DNA of 64,000 bases. It comes from Bigelowiella natans CCMP2755. Taxonomy: Eukaryota > Protista > Cercozoa. Location of the stretch: contig ADNK01001802.1 in NCBI GenBank assembly GCA_000320545.1, forward strand, positions 1-64,000. Reading direction: 5' to 3'. The position numbers were made by a program, and so were the translations under genes. Shown here piece after piece: positions 11,770-25,830 of the stretch. The first letter of the stretch is position 1; every line of letters starts with the position of its first letter. A model generated the notes under the pieces. The model ran no database searches. It was not told the origin of the DNA and saw only the letters and a program-made list of their open reading frames with translations.

Positions 11770-11999
11770 GTATTGTGTGTCTGCTACTTGGTGCTCGCTA
11801 CTGGTTTGTTTTTGGCTTCTTTTATCTTATATTAACCTAGTACAACAACTACTAACTAATAACTATACCTACAGCTCTTACTACACTACTACTAGTACTA
11901 GTACTAGTATGTGTATTACCAAAATGAATTCACATAGTCGTGAGAATTGAAAGTAGCAGCAATGGCTGCTCCCCGTGTAGCGATGGCTTCCAACACACC

Positions 12000-12051
<52 letters not shown>

Positions 12052-12203
12052 ATGATGCGAAAAGAAGAACTATAGATAACATAAACTAATGACCTAACAA
12101 TCCTAATATTCCCACCCTCCCCTCTCTGTAGTTAGTGCATGTCCTTCTTTCCTATTTCCTTGGAACATTACTACCACGACTATTATACCCACGACTACTG
12201 CTG

Positions 12204-12273
<70 letters not shown>

Positions 12274-12417
12274 CTTTCGATGGTATGATTTTCAGCAGTG
12301 CATAGGCCCAAAGAGTTTTAGAAATATCAACAGCCCTCATTTCATTGGAGACAATGGGAATTCGTGTGCTGTGGTAGTAGTAGTAGCAGTAGTAGTAGTA
12401 GTAGTACTCATGTTATC

Positions 12418-12453
<36 letters not shown>

Positions 12454-12459
12454 GCTCAT

Positions 12460-12492
<33 letters not shown>

Positions 12493-13520
12493 ATGGTGGT
12501 GGTGTAGTAATAGCAGTGCAGCTCTTCAATACTGCTCACAGAGTAGTTATTGCTTTTTTTAATCTATTAATTTACTGTGATTCTTCATCATTTAATTCAT
12601 TATCTACTGCATAATTTCACAAAAATGATAAAATGTTGTTTTATTATTATTATTATCAATTAATAAGTAATAATACTTCCACGCCTCCAGAGCTCCTTCA
12701 AAGTCGTCAAGGTGTACCCCCAAACGTGATAGTGATGTGAAGAGTATTACGCACCCACCAGCATCTAATCGAGGAATTACCTGATGATGGTGATAATAAC
12801 ATAACACACATAATCACGACATAAAGGAGGAGGAGGAGGAGGAAGAGGATGGTCATATGGATGGTGCGTTTTGGTACACACAGCAGAGTACAACATCCAT
12901 GCGTGAGTCTCTCTTCCCTCTCTCTCTTTCCCCCTCTTCTTCCCTATTACAAGTTGTCCTCTGCCTCACATACGGCTCTTCCTTTCTCTCCCCTATCTAT
13001 TGTACTTATCGACTTTATTATCCCCCTCCTATTTGATATCTCATTCCTTTCTAGTTTGTTATGATTTATCGGTACTACTTACTACTACTACTGTTACAGT
13101 ACTAACCCTTGGCAATAAGGAAAGAATGATGTCAAAGTTATCATAATCGTCCTCTGAAAGAGTTTGGTCTCTGTGTTATTAAATGGTGTATTAGCAATGT
13201 ATCCATCATGATGACAAATAAATGTTATGATGATGGCAGTGCGGTAAAGTACTCTTCTGGATTGTAGTAACACTTCGTAGGAAAACACAACATTTACTTT
13301 GCTTAAAAAATAGGAATCTGATTTATATTGTTTCTAGGCTGTAGTCATTACTTGAGGCAGTTTGGAGCAATCTTTGAAATTGTATTGATGCATGTTGTCA
13401 CATCTGTAAAAATTATGATAATTGTATTGTTCATGCATGTTGTCACGTCTATAAAATTATGATGCATACATGCAGTAGAAGGTATTAATATTACTTGTCC
13501 TGTCAGGAATAGTATTACAA

Positions 13521-13563
<43 letters not shown>

Positions 13564-13761
13564 AGTAGTACAAGTAAATGGGTAGTGATAATAGTAGTAT
13601 ATATAAGATAGAAACAAAAGAGAGGCGGAGGAGGAGAATATGTGATATTACTACTATCACGGTGATCATCATGATTATCATACTGCTACTACTACTACTA
13701 CTACTCCTACTACTACTACTATAACGGTGATCATCCTGATTATCATACTGCTACTATACTT

Positions 13762-13799
<38 letters not shown>

Positions 13800-13803
13800 T
13801 CTT

Positions 13804-13836
<33 letters not shown>

Positions 13837-14099
13837 GCACCTCGTCCAGAAAGCATTTGCATATTTTGTGTTGCAATTCTTAGAGCTTCAGATGGTGTAG
13901 GGGCTTTGATAATTCTCTCACTAAGTCTTCTTTCTGGTAAAGAAACTTTCCTCTCGTAAAGAGCATTAAGTAGTTGAGGAGAGAGATCGTAATCTAATTC
14001 ATTCAAAGCCCAGAGTGCTGTCGACACCTATCATCATCATCATTATCATCATCATCATCATCAGCAGCAGCAGCAGGAGGAGGAAGAAGGAGCAGCACG

Positions 14100-14132
<33 letters not shown>

Positions 14133-14447
14133 ATATAAATTAGTGAATCGATCGATGATTACACGCAGTACTAATGCTACTAAATGAATAAATAAATAAA
14201 TGAATGACTTGATCTTTCTACCATTTGGTTTTTTTGGAGCTGTGAGATTGTAGAAGAAAGTTGATTCTCCAAAGCCTAAAATGATGACGATGATGATGAT
14301 GATAACATAGTAGTATAATCACACTATAACATGATCATTGAGGAGTCCATATATATATTGTATATATAACCTCCATAAGTTCCTCTTCAGGCTGGATTCT
14401 CCAATTTGCAAATGCCTAACAAGAGTTAAAAACCCAATTAAAATCAA

Positions 14448-14524
<77 letters not shown>

Positions 14525-14526
14525 TA

Positions 14527-14567
<41 letters not shown>

Positions 14568-14597
14568 TACCCAACATTACTCAACATATTTACTCAA

Positions 14598-14637
<40 letters not shown>

Positions 14638-14730
14638 ACATTTATAGTACCTGCCAGAAAGATATGACATCTTGTGCTTTAAATTGTTCCACAACCTGGT
14701 CAAATATGAAAATGTAACAAATATGTATAT

Positions 14731-14802
<72 letters not shown>

Positions 14803-15513
14803 TATATGTAAAATAAAACTCAAGACTTACTTACTACACACGAGCGAAGAAGGGTGAGGTATCGAGGGAGGGAGAGAAGTTAAATAAAAACATTCAAATG
14901 ACTAGAAATATTATATCAAGTGTTGCTGCTGTTTGTTTGTTGTTATGACTGTAGATCTCATATCAGCACCTACCTCCATTGCCTGGTTTTGTATTGAAAT
15001 CATGAACTGGTTTGCTAATATTAAGTATAAAATAATCATGAACTGGTTTGCTAATATTAAGTATAAAATAATCATGAACTGGTTTGCTAATATTAAGTAT
15101 AAAATAATCATGAACTGGTTTGCTAATCTCAAATGTAACTTATTCTCGTATTCAAATACACAATACTACTATGTATTATATGTTAGTTAGATCTCAGAGA
15201 AAGAGAAAGGAGAACTTTAACAACTCGATCCAACGAAATGACATCATCATAGACATTATTATTTTCCACTACAAGGTATAAACTTCAGCCTAGTGGAAGA
15301 ACGCATGATAGAGGAGACGCCCTTTCCATCCAGTCCTGTTTAAAACAAACAAACAATAACAACAACAACAACAACAACAACAATAAAAACAACGACGACA
15401 AAGTTTTCGCAAACAGTATTAAGTTGCCAAAGAATCGATGCTTACAATGATTTCTCTCTCTCTCTCTATTTCTCTCTCTCTCTCTTTCTCTCTTTACATA
15501 TATATCAATATAT

Positions 15514-15557
<44 letters not shown>

Positions 15558-16682
15558 TGCATAATAATGATGATTGTTGCATTTACAAGTAATGATTCTT
15601 GCTCGTTTTTCCGTGACCAGCGACAACTATCTTTTTTTCTTTCTTTCTTTCTTTCCCATTTTTTTATTTATTTACCAGGAACATATTATATATATAAATA
15701 TAAATATATATACTTCTTCTTTTCCATTTTTATTCATTTACCGGGAACTAGAAGAGTCAGTCTATCCCAGAGCGACTGCCAGCTAGCCTTCTCTTCACCA
15801 TTAAATTTACTAATTTTGTTATGTTGCATTTTTACATGTTCCTAGTCATACGTTAGAGCTTCCACGCCAGCATCATATCATCATCATTAACATAACAATA
15901 AACCCATAATTCATTATGTTAATTCTTCACCTAATACTTCCTTTATCAAGGTAAGCCATTTTGCTCAATACTGCCACAATGTGAATTTCGTTAAGGTCCT
16001 CCATCCTATCACACAATGAATAAATATATCAGAAGACAGATAATGGATGATAAAAGAATATTAAACAAACATAAAATACATCTTGAATATAAATAAGTAT
16101 ATATAATATCTATGCCAAGTTATTGGTCGAAGAACATTATCTTTAATTCACTATATAGACAACAAAAGAAAAAAAGGAATGTGATCGATCAAAAAAATAC
16201 ATAGTTTTCTCACCAAGTAAGATCGAAGTAACACAAAAATAATAATAATGTGTCACAACACACCAGGAACATATTCGTTTTATCATAAGCTGCTGCTTCA
16301 TAGTACAACCTTTCCTTTGCAAAAGCCATGAGCTCGGGAACTGTAGTTTGCTGCATGATTGATCGTGTTATCCATCGAGGGTATCCGTCACTGTCTTCGT
16401 CGTTATTAGGCGGGGCAGTTTGATCATGATATTGCCACTGCTGATGTTACAGCAATGGTATTAGAGAAGGGAATAAAAAGACATGGGATGATGATGATGG
16501 AAAATAGGAAAAGTCACTATAAGTAAGATGATTAAAGACAGCTATAAACATGAGAATATTTGAGAGGTAGCGTAGATATCTAGCACTTTCTATTAAAGCC
16601 TCACACTCACATAATAGCTAACAGGAATATGTATTTCAGGATTGTAATCATGAAGTGTGAGTTATTGACGGTCGGGATTCGG

Positions 16683-16742
<60 letters not shown>

Positions 16743-17191
16743 AAAAGGGGAGTGGTGCCGCAGAGGCAATACGTTGATAAAGAAGCAATGGTAATGATAA
16801 TACGGCATGACTTGAGTAGGGTACTTTCTACATCATCATACATGTACTAGTCAAAATAATCCTTACTTGATCCATGGAGAAACTCTCTATTTTACGAGGG
16901 GATCTTTTCCCTATACGTAAAAATAAGGTTAGTACAAAAAAGTCAATGTAGGTTGTGTTTCTTTCCATCCAGACCTGCTGCTTGGGATCTGAAGGGATAG
17001 TGGTTGGTTTTTCCAAAACTCCAGAATTCGACACATCGTTTAAGGGACGGAATTCTATGTCGACTTACTAAGTTTTTTGGCAATGTTGAGAGACTACTAC
17101 GTTGGAGAGGTACAGTAGAAATCATGAAAATGAATCCGGAGAACAGAAGGAGAGGCATCATAGCCCGAAGCCCGGAGAGAAAGGCTGCCAT
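9363..17191 (-). CDS. Probably plastid-targeted alpha-helical repeat protein (OPR/FAST/RAP-like RNA-binding), many exons
   Basis: The leader MAAFLSGLRAMMPLLLFSGFIFMISTVPLQRSSLSTLPKNLVSRHR looks like a signal peptide plus a Ser/Arg-rich transit peptide. Repeat-like exons include VSTALWALNELDYDLSPQLL, LDAGGCVILFTSLSRLGVH, MRAVDISKTLWAYALLKIIPSK, FGPQSVSRILWAFAK and GDIALLSWSIAKLRYAPD. The putative last exon ends ...IPAAASPRTN*. Confidence 0.65.
14998..15127 (+). repeat. 36-bp intronic tandem repeat, about 3.6 copies
   Basis: catgaactggtttgctaatattaagtataaaataat starts at 15001, 15037, 15073 and 15109 (partial). Confidence 0.9.
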
Positions 17192-17925
17192 GACTCCTTC
17201 TCGGTAGTAGTTGGATTCCTGTACATTTAATATATAACATACGACAAGCATAATGTGTTGTCGCAGGTAATTATATACTTGGTTTTAACATCTTTGTAAC
17301 AAAATCAGGATTTTGTAAAATACGACATCAATGAAGGTAAGACGTAATGTAAAAACTACGTACAATTCTTATCGGAACTTAAACTTGCTTGTCATGAAAG
17401 GTCGGCCCGAAATTTTATTCGAATATCCCCAGTCGTCGACCGGCTCATTAAAAAAGTACGTCAACAGACCGATATAGATACGACATTTGCACGTAATACA
17501 TATAAATATAGTGCATTTTGCATGAATTACATAATTTTAATCGAGAAATCTTCGAAATACATAAATTAATTGCTCACAGAGTTACGCGAAGAATCTTACG
17601 TATTACTGTCACGGCAAAAATGGAGTCAAGGTACTTGAGAGCCTCAGCATAATTGTGTGGCTCAGGCACAAAAAATGAGGAAGATAGAAGGGAAAAACAA
17701 GTTCTCAAATTTATTTCGATTTTTCTTGCATACGGGGTCGTCTGGGCCCGTGCAAGGAAGGCGCGGGTCCTGAGTTTGATGAGCATAGAATGTCACACAA
17801 GACACCATTGAATGCGAACTTGAATTGTTTTTCCATTCGAATGACACTTTATTGATTCGAATTTTACCACTACATATCAATTTTTAAGAAGTCTGAGTCC
17901 AATTTCTGTTTCCTCACCAACCAGT
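17192..17925. promoter_or_regulatory. Putative bidirectional promoter between two plastid-targeted genes
   Basis: About 730 bp of microsatellite-free sequence between the divergent start codons of the OPR-like gene and rpl3. Inferred from position only. Confidence 0.5.
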
Positions 17926-19553
17926 ATGGAAGAGGTGGCTATTCTTCCCAACCGAAGAAGGGAAATGTTCCAGTCAAGTCGCTTAGTAGCTCTTGGCCTA
18001 TGTGCAGCCCTTGTCCTTGTAGGAGGTTCGGCAATTCAACTTAAATATCCCTCTGTAAAAATAAGATTGATTAATATAATGAGACTGGATGTATAATTGA
18101 GAGGAGAGTAGACGTGGCTCTAGTAATGAATCACACAGTTAAGAGATTGAGATGAATACCACACCATACACATAATACGCTTCTTTTAACACGGATCCAT
18201 ACATACAGGATCAATTATTTTGAGCGGTTTATCGCCAAATCTTTCCTCTCCCATGGCTGCTGCTGCTCGTGCTTCGTCCTCTGCTCTGGTGAGTGCGTGA
18301 GAAAGCAGTAATGGATCGTAAAATATACACCATTGGCCATTTCTTCGTAGTGTCATCAAGTCTCAAACTACATCCAACTTTATTAGTTGATGTCAAAAAT
18401 ATCATCAATTATCATGTATTAATGTCGTGTGATTATCGTATTACGTCTTTAAAAGAAGTAGTCATCATGTGTCACGATGCTTGCTTCTGTCGTCACCTTG
18501 ATTTTCATTCACGTTGCTGTTGTTTGCTTTGCTGTTGTCCTCTTTTTTTTTGTGAAGGTTGCACTCCCTGGTGGTCGCATGATCGAAGTTCCACACATGA
18601 CTAAGGACTACCGCGATGTTAAAGTGTGCTCTCGTCAGCGCAAATGGGAAATTCGCGAGCATATGCGTGATCCTATTAAGATGGGTCTTATGGGCACAAA
18701 AGCTGGTATGACAACATACTACGATGATGAGGGAATCGCTCATCCTGTAACTGTTATCGCTCTTGAGGCAGGGAATGTCGTAACACAAGTCAAGGTAATG
18801 AATAGAAAAAATCCAAAAAAACAGGGGGAGAGGGGGTAGTAGCGTTGTTACTTTCTCCCACCGGAACGACACTCACTCCTTCCTAGTCCACGTCCACATA
18901 TTGTTAATCTATTTTTGGCAGTAGGATCGATCGATAATTTTCTCTATCCCAACACCAGCTGCATCTTTTAAACTGTAGCACCATCCATTGTAAAAATAAC
19001 ATACACATTATTATATATACAGACGAAGGAGACAGACGGATATGATGCTGTTCAGCTGGCATATAAGGAAACACGAGACCGCACCATTCCTTGGCCTGAA
19101 CGACAGCACCTTCGCAAACACGGCAACGTCAAGGCTATGAAGCATCTCAAGGAATTCAAGATTGCAGATGTATCTGAATTTACCCCTGGTCAGCAGCTGA
19201 AAGCTGAGGAGCTCTTTGAAGTTGGAGACCTTGTTGATGTTTCTGGTACTTCTTCCGGTAAGGGATTTCAAGGTAGCATCAGACGATGGGGCATGAAGCG
19301 AGGGCCTATGTCGCACGGTTCTAAGTCACACAGACAGCATGGTTCTATTGGTTGCTCTGCTACTCCTTCACGTGTCTATAAGGGACTTAAGATGGCAGGT
19401 AGAATGGGGAACGAGCGCAAGACTGTGAAGAAATTGCCTGTGATGATGGTCAATGATGAAGAAAAATACATTGTCGTACGTGGAAGCGTGCCTGGAAAGA
19501 AGGGCACAATCGTAGAGCTCCGTCCTACAAAGATAGTGGGCAAGCACTGCTAA
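17926..19553 (+). CDS. rpl3: Nucleus-encoded plastid 50S ribosomal protein L3 with bipartite targeting leader; exons 17926-18025, 18209-18288, 18558-18794, 19023-19553
   Basis: Bacterial-type uL3 motifs [75 protein letters not shown] and VRGSVPG. All four exons join in phase at GT-AG introns. The leader is hydrophobic ([19 protein letters not shown]) followed by [17 protein letters not shown]. Confidence 0.95.
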
Positions 19554-19719
19554 TAAAGAGCGGCAAAAGGATGATGCATCGATCTGATGAACTGTGCATG
19601 TGTATTGATATGTAAATGGTGACAAATATAAAGTCATACACAAGAACTAATCGATCTCTGCTGTACAATACCGAAAAGATACTACGCTTCTTGCATGCTT
19701 TCATTTTTGGTGTACATTG

Positions 19720-21150
19720 TTAATGTGTGCATGCGCTTTGCAACCCACTAGCACAGCAGCTGTTCATTGTTGCCCCATAAATAACCTCAATAGCAGTTGA
19801 TGCTATATATGACAAAATGGACCACTTAATTATCATTGGTCGAACAATCATTGCTCAGCAGGGACAAGTGATCTATCTTAAATCATTGAGCGAGGTACAT
19901 TATTGTTTTGACCTAGCAGGTGATAACAAACACGCAAAACTCTAGCTAAAATCATATTCCTTGCTAGCCTCATAAATGTCTATCTTGCTTGTTTGCTCTT
20001 AAGTGCATGCATCTCGAGCATGCTGCTGCCACGAATGCGTGCGCACCTGCTATGGCCTTTTCTATCTATAGTGTTCAAAACTGCATAGTGGTTGATCACA
20101 CCACTAGACCAGTTCTGCTAAGAGCCTCTAGCTAGCTAGCAGGCCTGGCAGCGTCGTTCTGTTATTCAGTCATCATATCTGGTCATAATCGAATAACACA
20201 ATTATAATTAGCATTCGATCCTTGCGCAGAGTGTCATAATAACTAGATTACGCTAGCTGATCATGAAATCATAAAATGCGCTGTGGCAAAAACTTAATTC
20301 CGCACCTTTTTTGCATGCTAATATGTGCGTTTCCGACGAGCGGAAAAACTATGTTTGATTGATAGCTTGGTAACCTTATTGTCACGCAAGAACTGGTGTC
20401 ATAGTACGTCGATCCAGTACGTGGTTGCACATTTTTCTGCATGCATGCGTACGTATATACGTTGGATATTTAATTTTTTTCAAAACGCAAGCAGCAGATG
20501 CAATTTTGAACATGCTAATTGTGTTAAGTTTATTGGTGAAAAATGACGAGATGTGTACATGTCACAGTTGTACGTGCGTTAATTGAATGCATGCATGATG
20601 AAGGCATTATATTGCATTTGCAAATTGTGCGCATTTGCCTGCACAAAATGAAATTGAACTAATAAGAGAGGTGCGAAATGCTAAATCATGCATGCATGCA
20701 CCACATCCATTTCCCTGCAAGTCCCGTCATTGAAATTTAAAAATTGTTGCTCTAGTTTGCAATGATCACTTCGTCGATTTTGTTTGAAGCACTGGGTGCA
20801 ATTGCATGATAAAAGCTTGAACACTACTTCAGCGTGGGCCTGCAGGATGCAAGCTCAAATACACATAGAACGGTTCAGCCATCTTTTTGGCATGTATGCA
20901 TGGCGTGGGCTTCATACATGCGTGCGTGGGTGTATCCACAGAATGGACTTGCAATGATTCAACTTCCAGCGTAGGCGCAACATGCGTACGATACCTACAT
21001 GCATGCCAATGTAACTGCATGATTCAGTAGCACCAGCGAATGTATATAATTGATAGTTAGATGGCAACAATTTTCTTAAATAAATTATGAATCGCATATC
21101 ATTTGAGAATGTGAAGCTATCAAAGTTTCATTGCAGTGTGCTACATGCCT
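19720..21150. other. Convergent intergenic spacer rich in TGCA/CATG/CTAG
   Basis: Lies between the stops of rpl3 and the ATP-grasp gene. Examples: atgcatgcatgatg, catgcatgcatgca, ctagctagctagc. Confidence 0.65.
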
Positions 21151-21251
21151 TGAATAAAAGTCCCGTCCTAAATAATAAGTAATTATACATTCATGGCTAC
21201 ATGTAACTTCTATTGATTTCAGAATAAATGATTTGATCGTCAAATATAAAT

Positions 21252-22905
21252 TTAAATTACATTTGTATTTTTTCTACATTGAAAAAGATACTGTCGCCCT
21301 ATTATTTTATCATTCTACACACTGTACATACTAAAAAACGTACCTCTCCACCATTTATGAGAGTCTACACCTGGATCCACGATTCTGTATTTCTTAAGCT
21401 TATGGCCTAACGCCCACTAAATGCAGAAAGTACACATATCTATATTTATTAGTAGTTCAAATCTGCAAAAAAGATATAAATAGTATTACCAATTCTGCCA
21501 TATGGGGAAAGTGCCAGCGATATTCTGCCCCAGAGCTTTTAAAATAAAGACCAATATTGTTTAAAATATCTACCAGATGCGTACTTTTTATTACCTTAAT
21601 GAATCTTCGTTTATTACGCTTGCCATTGGATTACCCTTAAATTTGAATAAAAATATTGCAGATTTCCATTCAGAATTATTTGCTATCTATATCGTTATTA
21701 TTTTTGGGAAATAAATAAATCGGTTAGTGTCATTTGGTTTGTGTTCAATCACCTTCAAAACAAAAACATCTATTCGAATTGCATCTATTCCCATCAAACG
21801 GGCTGCCGATTCAGCCATAAACCAAACCCTGATTGTCATACAATAACTCTGTAAAGTATCATACATAATATAAATAATTTTTGTTATCGTTATGACCTGG
21901 GTAAGTGTCCTTCATCAACAATCCAACGATAACAGTCATCAGGAGTCCCCTAAAATATAAATTTAATGAATTTTGTGTACTTGTATCTAGAGTTATAATA
22001 CTAGGTTGCTGAACAATTGATTTTAATAACTGACCTCTTTATTCTACAATATTTATTTTTTCAAATAGCTACATAAGTAAAAAAATATGAAGATATAATT
22101 TAGTCGGACCTTGTGTAAGATATTCTGGCTTAGACTTCCAGTATACTTCATCACACTACCGTCCCGGAGTATTAAAGAATCCCCACTACATTAAATAACA
22201 CAAATCATTTATTAAAACAAAAACTTATACAACTATATGTTTCTCTAATGTTACGCAAAGAAAACAACAAAAAAAATTCTTTTTAAGAATCAACCCGCAT
22301 TTTCCAGTGCTAACAAATGCTAAATAAGCCCTTCCCCAGATGACCTCAACCTTTTAAAAAAATCATAATGACAACAATTATAATCTACTCGAATTACAGA
22401 CTGTTTATTATCTAAAATGATATTATGAAATTGAACATGTTACATTTATATTTATTAATTTTGGTCTTTATCATCGGACGAACAGACACCATTTAAGGAT
22501 ATTGAAAACAAAAAAGTTTCCAAATTTATTTTCAGGAGCAATACTACTTTTATTTCTTCAGGGTATTCTTGCCTGCCAATCTAAAATGATAATAAGCACC
22601 AAGATCATTTTTCTATGAGCTTCAGATACATAGATAATGAAGAGTTAATTTCATATTTCCAGTGCATAATTCTTTGTACCAAGTACCTTCCACGGTTTCT
22701 GTACCATGAATCCAGGATTAATTCTATATGAATAAAATATATTACGTTATCTTTTGCACAAAAGACTAGAATCGTGCTAATTATTGAATCATATTTATAT
22801 CTCATTGCAAGATATCACCTTGAGCAAAGTACATTGAATGATTCAGCCCATACTCTTTCCCAGTCGTTGGAACGATATCTTCATATTCATCACAGACACA
22901 CACAT

Positions 22906-22958
<53 letters not shown>

Positions 22959-23412
22959 GCGTGTTAGTTAGGTGCGTATATGACACTTCTGTATTTATTG
23001 TCTATATACACGGATACATTCATCTTTTTAGATAGTACCTCCACATACGTTGCGCCCAATCAACAATTGCAACCCAGCTGCATAAAATTAAGATATTTAG
23101 GTCATCTAAACAATTTTAGGGATTTACCAAAAAAACACAAATAATAGCTGTAATCATGAACAACTAGTGGATTAAATAATTGCTTACGCACCTGGATTCT
23201 GTTGTCACATCTGATATATTATGAATTTTTCGCACACTCTTTGCTGCTCCTATTATTAAATATTTATGCTCATACCATAACTCAACATACATGTTTAACG
23301 ACAAAAACAACAGAGAAACTTAAAAAAATTTCTTGAAATAAAACTAATGAAGAATATCCCTTCAAAATTAATTGGGACCGATGATCCTGTGTGTGTGAGT
23401 GTGTGTGTGTGT

Positions 23413-23460
<48 letters not shown>

Positions 23461-23799
23461 AGATTATATTTACCTGTTGTTATATGGCAGGATTTTATGT
23501 ACAGGGGAAATTCTTTTTGTTTCCTACTCGCACGCAAATAAAAAATTATAATTAACAAGATTTAATATCAAAGAAGGTATCATTCTGATTTATGGATTTT
23601 AATTTTAAATTATAATAACAAGAATTTTATGATGAAAATGTTCTTTTCTATATATATAAATAGTATACTTTTAATTACTTTATTAATTCCCTCATTTGGG
23701 AAGTAATGCCTTTTAATGTCATTGATGAAGATGAAAATGTTGAATTGGAATCTTTCCTGTGAGTTTGTATTAAAGCAATTATGCAGACAAACATAATTA

Positions 23800-23838
<39 letters not shown>

Positions 23839-24199
23839 ACACAAGCATACGATCTTCAAAAATTATTTTTATAAAACATAAAAATTCAATTTAGACTTTC
23901 AACGAAAAAAATTAAAGCAATGGCAATTCTACAACAATTTCTATCTGGAAGATTCAATCAATTAAATATAAGTGAGTGTGTGTGTACTATTAGACCCAAT
24001 TTCTTTCGTAATTTTCTGCACTCTTTCACCAGGACGATAAATCTTCAGCCAATCAACATGTGGCAGTCCATTATTTTTCAAAAATTTGAACATTTCACAC
24101 CTTAAATTATAATAAATACTATTTATCAATAACTGTCATCTACAAAGAAATCTCTTTGCAAGATATCTCATATACATTAAAAATCTATGTACATATATA

Positions 24200-24241
<42 letters not shown>

Positions 24242-25117
24242 TCACATGGTAATGATATATAAATGATTAAGCATTCATACTTACACATCACGCCTCACTA
24301 TCTAGATACATGTAATATGCACATATAAGTATTAACATATTGTGCACACTTTAGTTACTATCACCCTGGATGCGCAAAAACCAGATCATGAGAGATTAGT
24401 AGATATGAAAATTTTATTCGTAGAAACTATCATATCAAGAGACTTTTGTAATTATTTCAAATGTTTCTAAAATCACTACTTGTCTTTCTCAATCTTATAG
24501 TCCTCCCAGCCATGTTTCTCTAGATTCTCTAACAGCATTTCACCTGAACACAAAAGGTTTGACAAGGGGCAGTAAACCAACGTAACAGTCAGAACTAATA
24601 AATGAATGATACAGTTTCTTACATCAATGCTTCGGGTTGCAAACTCATGCATGATTTTAGCTGTGCATTCTAAAAACGAAACAAAATATCAAAACAATTT
24701 TTGTTTTTCCATCTTCCTCCTTTGTCTTTCTTGTCTGATCCATGTATACTACAAATAACAACTGTTCATCTATTAATCTTAAAACATATGATATTATTGC
24801 TTAACTACATGCTAGTGGTAGTTACGATATAATATATATTATATATACATATACATGTATATATAAACATTCATTCCTTCTGCATTGGATACTCATAACA
24901 CATTAAAGAACTAACCCCTTGCTTTTATCATGTCGTGAAAAGAAATCCGTGATAATTCCGGGAGTTTTATTGTAGAAAAATGAGCATGCAACGGATATCT
25001 GATTTCATGAAAGATCATTTAAATGATTAATTAACGTAGGAATGAGGATCATCGATGACGGACAACAACGCTGTTACGCAAAAATAAATGATGATGATAA
25101 ATGACAAATGATAAATA

Positions 25118-25170
<53 letters not shown>

Positions 25171-25795
25171 TTAAGACTTTTGTCCTTGTGTATTATTCTC
25201 TTTTTGATCAATTTAAGACAATATCAGCAAGTCAGCGATTAATTGATTAACAAATGGAAAGTAAGTAAGTAGCTATGATAGATATAGGTAGAATGTTGCA
25301 GTAAGAGTAGTACCCGTCCATACTGTGTAATACAAATGGCTTCTGCTCCTCATAATATCTATTGATGTTTGATACAATGATGGTGATTATGATGATGATA
25401 ATGATGATGATGATTATATTACAAATATGGGTATATTTTCATCCATCAGGAAATTCTTGCTTGTTGCCAGATAGTATTACTATGTATTTCCTAACATATT
25501 AGAATTCCCCGTTTCATTTGTCAAGATGAATTGAGAAATACTGCGTCGTGTTATTAATATTGTATGACCAACCTCTTTGCGTGATCGAAGTCATCCTTAC
25601 TTGCTAGAGAGTTGTTGGATTTGTAACAAAGGAGGAGGAGAGGGAGGCAATGATGGGTTGTAATAATATTAACGTATATATATAAATAAATATATATATA
25701 TATATATATATATTGTCACACCCATATAATATTACCACGACTAACTACCACACTGCGCGAAGTCTTCCTTGGTAACACAGTTGCTGGATTTACTC

Positions 25796-25830
<35 letters not shown>

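Noticed and set aside
14911-15190. Repetitive ORFs on both strands
   Set aside because: Translation of a 36-bp intronic tandem repeat.
17600-17800. TGTCAC as a shared motif of divergent promoters (also near 46970)
   Set aside because: A short word that also occurs elsewhere; enrichment cannot be shown by eye.
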